A stretch of DNA of 64,000 nt, taken from NCBI GenBank assembly GCA_047601445.1, contig JASGJH010000001.1:5056001-5120000 (forward strand), given 5' to 3'. The number at the start of each line of letters is the position of its first letter. Within the stretch, counting starts at the first letter, position 1. The translations under genes were made by a program, and so were the position numbers. The notes under the pieces are model-generated. The model made no database searches, had not been told where the DNA came from, and was given only the letters and a program-made list of their open reading frames with translations. This document shows, piece by piece, positions 57,673 through 64,000 of the stretch. The DNA comes from Myxococcales bacterium (GTDB lineage: Bacteria > Myxococcota_A > Polyangia > Polyangiales > DASUME01).

Positions 57673-59682
57673 TCAGCGCACGCAGGTTCCCATGGGGACC
57701 CCACACAAACCGCTGCTACAGGTGCCTTCTTTGCACTCTTCGCTGAAAGAGCAACTCTCGCCGAGTTCGCGCGAATCCGGGCAGTACGCAGTGTCACACA
57801 CCTTGGGCAGCGCGCCCTGGCGCGTGGCCTTATCGGGCCCCACCACGATGCCGCTCACATCCATGTCCGCCGCGTCGCTCGCCGGTCCGGCGCGGGTGCC
57901 CTCCGCGCGCTCCCACATGCGGATGGTGCGCTCCGCGGAGCCCTCGAAGATGGCGGTCTCGACCCCGAGCTGTTCGAGGTCCGCCATCAATGCGCCGAGC
58001 AGACCGATGTGCGCGAAGCCCTTGCGATCGAGCTCCGTGCCGAGCCCCTGGGGACCCGAAGTGCGCTGCGCGTCGCGCTGACACGTGGCTTCGGCTGCGA
58101 ACGAGGCCGAGCAGGCACCGTCGTCGCCGAAGCGCGGGCGCGTCTGCTGGATGAATCCGTTGAAGTCCGTGCCCAGCGCCAAGTCCACCTTGAGCCCCCG
58201 TGTGGCGAACGCGATGGCCTGGGCGAGCGAGCGCGTGGACCCGTGGCAGCTGTTGTCCACCTGGGAGGCCGGATAGGAGCTCACCTCCTCGTGCGCCGTG
58301 CGTAGACCGAACAAGCCGCCGGTCCTGCGGATGCCCTTGATGATGGAGGCGGGCGTGGTCTTCTCCTCGCGCTGCTTGGCCGGCAACATCAGTTCGCGCA
58401 GATGCCCGTGGGAAACGTACACGGGGTAGAAGTCGTTGGCCTCGGCGAGGGCGAACACGTCGGCCGTGGTCCGCTCGGACATGTGGGCCGCGTCGATGAG
58501 CATGTGGCGCTCCATCATGGCCTGCACCAGCTGCTTGCCCTCGTCGGTAAGTCCGCGCACGTTCTTGCAGTCCGCGTCGACGTCGAAGCCGAGCGTGGTG
58601 TCTGCGGAGGTCAACCCGCAGTCGGAGTCCACGTGACAGTTTCGCGTGAACTGGGCGATGTGGAAGATGGGGTTGTGGGGAGCGGCGCCGCCGAAGCGGT
58701 TGTCGAGCTGATGCACGAGCTGCAGCGTGCGCACGCCCATGCCGTAGACCTCCTCGAGCGCACCCGAGAGATCGGCCGCCCCGAACAGGCTGGATGCCTC
58801 GATGCTGAGCAACATGGCCAGCTTACCCTCGCTGGCGATGCGGCGCGCGTCGCTGGCGCTGAGCGCGATCTCGAGCCAGTCGTGGCGCGCGTCGAGCTCA
58901 TGGGCCAACTGGAGCTGACGTCGCACGTCGTCCATCTCGTCGCACTGTGGGCGCACGAGGTTCTCGCTGGGCAGGGCCTTGCACAGCCAGTCGAAGCTCA
59001 CCGCCGACATGACCACCACGCGCAGGCCATCACGGTGCGCCTGTTCGAGCCAGCCTTCCCAGCTCTGCTGATGCGCGATGGTGTCCCAGCGCGGCCAGCC
59101 GCTGTAATCGGGAAAGCCGCTCTTGCGGCCTTGGTGCACGCCGGTGTCGCCGCCCGTGCCTTCGATGGCCCCCAGGAACTCCGAGGCCGGTGTGCCACCC
59201 ACGTTGAGCAGCAGATTGAGGAACGGCACGCTGCTCGCGAGCGCGCTCAAGTCGACCGGTGGCTCGGCGTCTTGGCAGGTGCCGAACTGGGCGCTCAGGT
59301 TGGAGCGCAGTCGTGCATGGTCTCCCGGAAAGCCGCCGTCACAGCTGGCCAGCGCGAGCGCTTCCGCTCCCTGGTGGCTGCCGTGGAACCAGCCGCCACC
59401 GAAGGCCTCTTCGGCCATCATGTGCAAGTGCAGATCGGCGTAGCCCACGACGGGCGCGATCGACATGCTGGCATCGGGTTGGCTGGCATCCCCCTGCGCA
59501 GCGTCGTGGTCAGCGTGCTCACCAGGAGTGGCATCGCCGGTAGTGGCATCGACAGGGTCAGCGGGCTCGCCCGGACCGCGCCCGCCTGGCTCGGAGGGAC
59601 GCTGCCCACCGCCCGAACAGGAAATCCCGAGCAGGGCCACGGCGATGGACGAGATGCAGCGCGAGTGGAGATAGGAAGCCAC
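57673..59682 (-). CDS. membrane dipeptidase (M19, amidohydrolase fold) lipoprotein
   Basis: GYADLHLH, LSIE, HQLDNRFGG, GLTDEG, IDAAHMS, VSHG, LGTDFNG. Start uncertain. Confidence 0.78.
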   Translation of the reverse strand: MASYLHSRCISSIAVALLGISCSGGGQRPSEPGGRGPGEPADPVDATTGDATPGEHADHDAAQGDASQPDASMSIAPVVGYADLHLHMMAEEAFGGGWFHGSHQGAEALALASCDGGFPGDHARLRSNLSAQFGTCQDAEPPVDLSALASSVPFLNLLLNVGGTPASEFLGAIEGTGGDTGVHQGRKSGFPDYSGWPRWDTIAHQQSWEGWLEQAHRDGLRVVVMSAVSFDWLCKALPSENLVRPQCDEMDDVRRQLQLAHELDARHDWLEIALSASDARRIASEGKLAMLLSIEASSLFGAADLSGALEEVYGMGVRTLQLVHQLDNRFGGAAPHNPIFHIAQFTRNCHVDSDCGLTSADTTLGFDVDADCKNVRGLTDEGKQLVQAMMERHMLIDAAHMSERTTADVFALAEANDFYPVYVSHGHLRELMLPAKQREEKTTPASIIKGIRRTGGLFGLRTAHEEVSSYPASQVDNSCHGSTRSLAQAIAFATRGLKVDLALGTDFNGFIQQTRPRFGDDGACSASFAAEATCQRDAQRTSGPQGLGTELDRKGFAHIGLLGALMADLEQLGVETAIFEGSAERTIRMWERAEGTRAGPASDAADMDVSGIVVGPDKATRQGALPKVCDTAYCPDSRELGESCSFSEECKEGTCSSGLCGVPMGTCVR

Positions 59683-59776
59683 GGCGGACGCAGCATCCCC
59701 ATGGCAACCGCTTTCGTGCAAGCGCGATGGCGATTTTGCGGGCGGAGGGCCGCCGATTTCGTCACATGATGGCGCG

Positions 59777-60793
59777 ATGCAAGCCTCTCGCACCTTCGCG
59801 CGCCGCGGCCTTCGGCTCAGCTGTGTTCTAGCCCTCACTCTGTCGGTCTCGGCCTGCGGCAAGGACGAGGCGCCCAAGGACGGGGCGGTGGATATGGGGG
59901 ACGACTCGGATGGGTCCACGCCTGAATCCGACGCGGGCTCGTCCGCAAGCGACGCCGGGAACGGCGATGGCGCTGCCAACGGAGACGGAGGCAGCGCAAC
60001 TCCGCAGTCCGACGCAGGCACGCCACCGCCCCCGAAATGCAAACGCGGACTCGGCTACGGCTACCACAGCAAGGCCGACATGATGGCGCTGCGGCGTGGC
60101 GTGCACTGGTGGTACAACTGGTCGCCCACGCCCGACACCAAAGTCGCGACGAGCTACAAGGACCTCGGCGTGGAGTTCGTGCCGATGGCATGGGACGAGA
60201 AGTTCACCGTGGCGGGCCTCGAGAAAGACATCCCCCAGGGCGCCAAGACCTTGCTCGGCTTCAACGAGCCCAACTTCTTCGGTCAAGCCAACCTGAGTGC
60301 CAGCGACGCGGCCAAGCTGTGGCCCGATCTCGAGAAGGTAGCCAAGGCGCGCGGACTCGCGTTGGCGTCACCGGCCGTGAACTTCTGTGGTCCGGCCGAG
60401 AAGTGCTTCGAGACCGACCCCTTCAAGTACCTCGATGCCTTCTTCGCGGCCTGCAAGAACTGCAAGATCGATTACGTGGCCGCGCACTGGTATGCCTGCG
60501 ATGGGCCGGCGCTCACGTGGTACTTGGGCCAGCTCAAGAAGTACAAGAAGCCCATCTGGCTCACCGAGTTCTCTTGCCTCGACGGCGACCGATCGGTGGC
60601 CAACCAGAAGAAGTACATGACGGACGCGCTCAAGATCCTGGAGGCGGATACGCAGGTGGCAGCCTACGCCTGGTTCATCGGTCGCAGCGATGACGTCCCG
60701 TCCATCGACCTGCTCGGAGCCGACGGCAAGCTCACCGAACTCGGCGAGCTCTACGTCTCCCTTCCGCACCATGACCCGAGCTGCGCGCGGTAG
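59777..60793 (+). CDS. glycoside hydrolase family 128-like (beta-1,3-glucanase) lipoprotein
   Basis: VSAC lipobox, WWYNW, FVPMAW, LLGFNEPN, AHWY, IWLTEF, YAWF. Confidence 0.85.
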   Translation: MQASRTFARRGLRLSCVLALTLSVSACGKDEAPKDGAVDMGDDSDGSTPESDAGSSASDAGNGDGAANGDGGSATPQSDAGTPPPPKCKRGLGYGYHSKADMMALRRGVHWWYNWSPTPDTKVATSYKDLGVEFVPMAWDEKFTVAGLEKDIPQGAKTLLGFNEPNFFGQANLSASDAAKLWPDLEKVAKARGLALASPAVNFCGPAEKCFETDPFKYLDAFFAACKNCKIDYVAAHWYACDGPALTWYLGQLKKYKKPIWLTEFSCLDGDRSVANQKKYMTDALKILEADTQVAAYAWFIGRSDDVPSIDLLGADGKLTELGELYVSLPHHDPSCAR

Positions 60794-60853
60794 AGCAAGC
60801 GTGGCCTGGCCGTTGGCGCCCCCTCCCTCCACGGTCGTGATCGCCGTTCTTCG

Positions 60854-62326
60854 TCACTCTCCAAGCGCATAGGCTAGACGGGCCCTCGCAAGGTGGCGCT
60901 CGACGGCCGAGTCGAGCACCTGGAGGCGGGCCGCGTTGAGCTCGTTCTCTGCGGCAAACAGGTCGGCAGTGGTGACGTCGCCCACATGGAGCTCGGCCAT
61001 GCGTCGTTCGTAGGCCGTTTGGGCCGCCGCCTCGGCCGTCCGAGCCGCCTGGGCGCTGCGATTGGCGCGCACGAGTACCGCGCGCGCGTTGCGTACCTCG
61101 AGCGTGAGTGCCTGCTCGAGCTCGGCGAGCTCCGCCTCCAGGGCGTCGATTTGCGCTTCGTTTTCGCGTACCCGCTTGGCGGCACTCCAGCTGTCGTTGG
61201 GCGCATAGCTCACGAGGGCGCCGACCTCCCAGCTGGGCTGATACTCGCTCTTGGGCGGGATCTGATAGCGATTGGGGTTTGCATAGTCGCCTCCGGCGAA
61301 CACGGAAACGTGTGGGTAGCCGTTGGCGCGATTGGCCTTGGCGTTGTGGCGCTGACTCTCGATCAGCTCTGTGAGAGCGCTGATCTCTGCTCGCTGGGCG
61401 CGCGCCTTGCCGAGCAGCAGCGCAGCGGACGCCACCTCGCTGGCGTCCAAGTCGTCGAGAATGGGATCGCCGATTCCGTAGGGTGCGCCGTCGGGGTCCA
61501 GGAGCAAGGTACGCAACGCTGCATCCGCCACGTCGACCGCGGACTCCATGCTCACCACGGTCTGCTCCGCGAGTGCGAGGCGCGCCCCCGAGCTAGCAGC
61601 GTCCGCCGCGGGACGCAGGCCGGCCTTCACACCCGCCTCGATGCGCGCGTGTTGAACCCGCGCCTGCTCCACCGCGCGCTGCGCCACTGCCAGGTTCCCG
61701 CGCGCGCGGGCCAGCTGGTAGTAGGCCTCGCGTGCACTCAGACGCACGCGGTTGAGCTTGGCTCGTGCCTGGGCCTCCGTGGCGCGAGCCGACGCGCGCG
61801 CAGCCTGAATGCTGGGCACCACGGCGAAGAACAGATCGCTCACCGGATACAGCACGCGCGCCGCGAACGCGGTCTGATTTCGTGGGATCACGATGGCCTG
61901 GCCCTGAGCTTGCCGGTCGATACTGGAAAGCCAGAGTGCCCGCGCTGCAGGATCGTTGATCTGCTGGGCCAGCGTGCGGGCCGCATCGGCCGCGGCCGGG
62001 TCGAGCGCGCCGATGCGACTGTTGGGAAAGCCGTCGATGTGCGTGTAGCGCGCGGTGAGCTCGAGGCGTGGCAACAGCTGGGTCCGCGCCCGCTCCACGG
62101 CGGCCTCGGAGGCGCGCACCAGCGCTTCGGCGCGCTCGAGTGCGGGCGAGTTCTCGGTCACCCGGGTGACGGCCTCCTCTGCGCGCAGGGGCTCTCCCTG
62201 TGCGATGGCGCCCATCAGATCGAAACTGGGCACGCTTTCCGACTTGGCATCTTGGGCGGAGCACACACCTCCACCGAGCAGCCAACCTGCGAGGCAGGCA
62301 GCCGCGAGACACTTCTCTTGGCGCAT
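60854..62326 (-). CDS. TolC-family outer membrane efflux protein
   Basis: Signal peptide, two OEP repeats (AREAYYQL; EVRNA), C-terminal LAYALG; cotranscribed with ABC permeases. Confidence 0.85.
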   Translation of the reverse strand: MRQEKCLAAACLAGWLLGGGVCSAQDAKSESVPSFDLMGAIAQGEPLRAEEAVTRVTENSPALERAEALVRASEAAVERARTQLLPRLELTARYTHIDGFPNSRIGALDPAAADAARTLAQQINDPAARALWLSSIDRQAQGQAIVIPRNQTAFAARVLYPVSDLFFAVVPSIQAARASARATEAQARAKLNRVRLSAREAYYQLARARGNLAVAQRAVEQARVQHARIEAGVKAGLRPAADAASSGARLALAEQTVVSMESAVDVADAALRTLLLDPDGAPYGIGDPILDDLDASEVASAALLLGKARAQRAEISALTELIESQRHNAKANRANGYPHVSVFAGGDYANPNRYQIPPKSEYQPSWEVGALVSYAPNDSWSAAKRVRENEAQIDALEAELAELEQALTLEVRNARAVLVRANRSAQAARTAEAAAQTAYERRMAELHVGDVTTADLFAAENELNAARLQVLDSAVERHLARARLAYALGE

Positions 62327-62331
62327 GATGA

Positions 62332-63480
62332 TTATCCTTGTTGACGACGAAAACGCAGGGCCGCGATGGTGCAGACGACGACACCCATCACGGTCAAGGC
62401 CAGGAATTGAAGACGCAGATCCGAGAGCGTGGCGCCGCGCAGCAAGAGGGCGCGCAGGATCTCGGCGTAGTGGCGCAGGGGATTGATCAACGTGAGCGGT
62501 GCGAGCCACGCCGGCATCGAACGCACGGGCGTCATGATGCCGCTCAGGAGTGCGGCCGGAAGCATGAACAGGAAGCCGCCCATGAAGGCTTGTTGCTGAC
62601 TCGAGCTGACGGTCGAGATCAACAGGCCGATGCTCAAGGTGTTCAGCAGGTAGAGCAGCGTCGCCAGCAGCAAGCTCAGCGGTGAGCCCCGCAAGGGCAT
62701 GTCGAAGCCGTAGGCGCCCACCACCATCGCGAGAATGAAGTCAAACAGACCCACGACGGCGAACGGGATGATCTTGCCCAGCATCAGGAGCAGGGCCGGC
62801 ACCGGGGTCACCTGGATTTGCTCGAGGGTGCCGCGCTCGCGCTCACGCGCCAGGCCCATCGATGCGATGATGGTGGTCACCAACAGAAGCAGCATCGCCG
62901 ACACACCAGGAATCATGTACACGGAGGTCTTGAGCGCCGGATTGAACAGCACGCGCGAGCGCACCGAGACCTCGGGTTGGGGCCTGTGCAGCCCTAGCTG
63001 CGCGGCCCTGAGCGCGCCCTGCTTGCGTGCGCTCGCCTCGGCCTCACGGGCGAAGTAGCTGCTCACGGCCGCGCCGGCCACGTTTGCGCGATTCGGATCG
63101 CTGCCATCCAGCACCATCTGCACACTGGGGCCTCGGCCGCGCACGAGATCGTGCTCGAAGCCGCGTGGCACCACGAGCACCGTGGCCGCCTCACCCGTCT
63201 CCAGCATGCGCAACGCGGTCTGCGGCTCGGCCACATCGCGCACGCGTCGCAGCGTTCCGTCGGCCAGCACACGCTGCAGGTGGCTGCGACTCTGGGTGCT
63301 GTGGTCGAGGTCCACCACCGCGGTGGGGACCTTGTCGACGTCGAGCTGCACTGCGTTGGCGAACAGCACGAGCTGCACGGCCGGGGCGGCCACCAAGAGC
63401 GCCATCATGCGACGGTCGCGCAGGGTCTGGCGCACTTCCTTGAGCATCACGGCGTAGAGCATGCTGAGGGCTCGTCTCAT
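62332..63480 (-). CDS. ABC-2 type exporter permease (YbhR-like)
   Basis: KEVRQTLRD, DGSDPN, FNP, ARERERGTLEQIQVTP, LLSG...P..SMP, NPLRHY. Confidence 0.9.
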   Translation of the reverse strand: MRRALSMLYAVMLKEVRQTLRDRRMMALLVAAPAVQLVLFANAVQLDVDKVPTAVVDLDHSTQSRSHLQRVLADGTLRRVRDVAEPQTALRMLETGEAATVLVVPRGFEHDLVRGRGPSVQMVLDGSDPNRANVAGAAVSSYFAREAEASARKQGALRAAQLGLHRPQPEVSVRSRVLFNPALKTSVYMIPGVSAMLLLLVTTIIASMGLARERERGTLEQIQVTPVPALLLMLGKIIPFAVVGLFDFILAMVVGAYGFDMPLRGSPLSLLLATLLYLLNTLSIGLLISTVSSSQQQAFMGGFLFMLPAALLSGIMTPVRSMPAWLAPLTLINPLRHYAEILRALLLRGATLSDLRLQFLALTVMGVVVCTIAALRFRRQQG

Positions 63481-64000
63481 GCGATGGTCCTCCGAAAACG
63501 CAGGGTGGCAACGCCGAGCATCACGACACCGAAGACCGCCAACATCGCGGCCTCTCCCCACAGTTCGCCGAGGTCGTTGCCGCGCAAGAGCACGCCGCGC
63601 AGCCCGGCCACGTAGTAGCGGGCCGGCACCACACGGCTGACGAACTGCAAGGGCAGCGGCATGTTGTCGATGGGGAACACGAAGCCCGAGAGCAGCATGG
63701 AGGGCAACATCGAGCTCATCGTCGCCACCTGCGTGGCCACCATCTGATTTCGCGTGAGTACGCTGATCAAGAGCCCCTGCCCGAGCATACCCACCAGGAA
63801 CAACAGCGAGAGCACGCCCAGAGCCAACGCCGAGCCACGGAAGGGCACGTTGAACACCAGGCCGCCCGCCGCCACCACCATCAACACCGCCAGCGCCCCC
63901 AACACCAGATAGGGCAAGAGCTTGCCCAGGATGATCTCGAAGCGTCCCACCGGTGTGGCGAACAACTGCGCCATCGAGCCGCGCTCCCACTCGCGCGCCA
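63477..64000 (-). CDS. ABC-2 type exporter permease (YbhS-like), 5' truncated by window edge
   Basis: AREWERGSMAQLFATP, GKLLPY, LLSGFVFPIDNMP; stop overlaps the next ATG. Confidence 0.88.
   Translation of the reverse strand, partial: AREWERGSMAQLFATPVGRFEIILGKLLPYLVLGALAVLMVVAAGGLVFNVPFRGSALALGVLSLLFLVGMLGQGLLISVLTRNQMVATQVATMSSMLPSMLLSGFVFPIDNMPLPLQFVSRVVPARYYVAGLRGVLLRGNDLGELWGEAAMLAVFGVVMLGVATLRFRRTIA

Overview
This is a GC-rich, gene-dense bacterial window. Gene content (DUF1592/DUF1552 pair, Cys-rich and GDGD-linker lipoproteins, sigma-54 activator) suggests Myxococcota, probably Polyangia-like. It holds about 50 CDS, including pdhABC, fabH-acp-fabF, a moaD-moaE fusion, a CopA-type ATPase, two aldehyde dehydrogenases, acyl-CoA metabolism genes and an ABC/TolC exporter. 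I saw no rRNA, tRNA, CRISPR array or transposase. Highlights: (1) a sigma-54-driven operon joining a KamA-type 2,3-aminomutase, a DmpA/BapA-type aminopeptidase and a non-canonical Ddl-like ATP-grasp ligase, a candidate make/ligate/recycle system for a beta-amino-acid peptide; (2) its adjacent activator has a pseudo-receiver domain, and tandem GTGCA-N5-TGC(A/G)C sites recur at nearly the same distance from a second sigma-54 promoter in front of a 72-aa orphan gene; (3) a dispersed ~85-bp REP-like element (4 full and 2 partial copies) with compensatory base changes; (4) two paralogous AraC regulators whose neighbouring genes share one upstream motif at the same position; (5) two frameshifts in the same GAGATCG-like context, probably sequencing artefacts. 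All function calls come from motif recognition by eye, without database searches.
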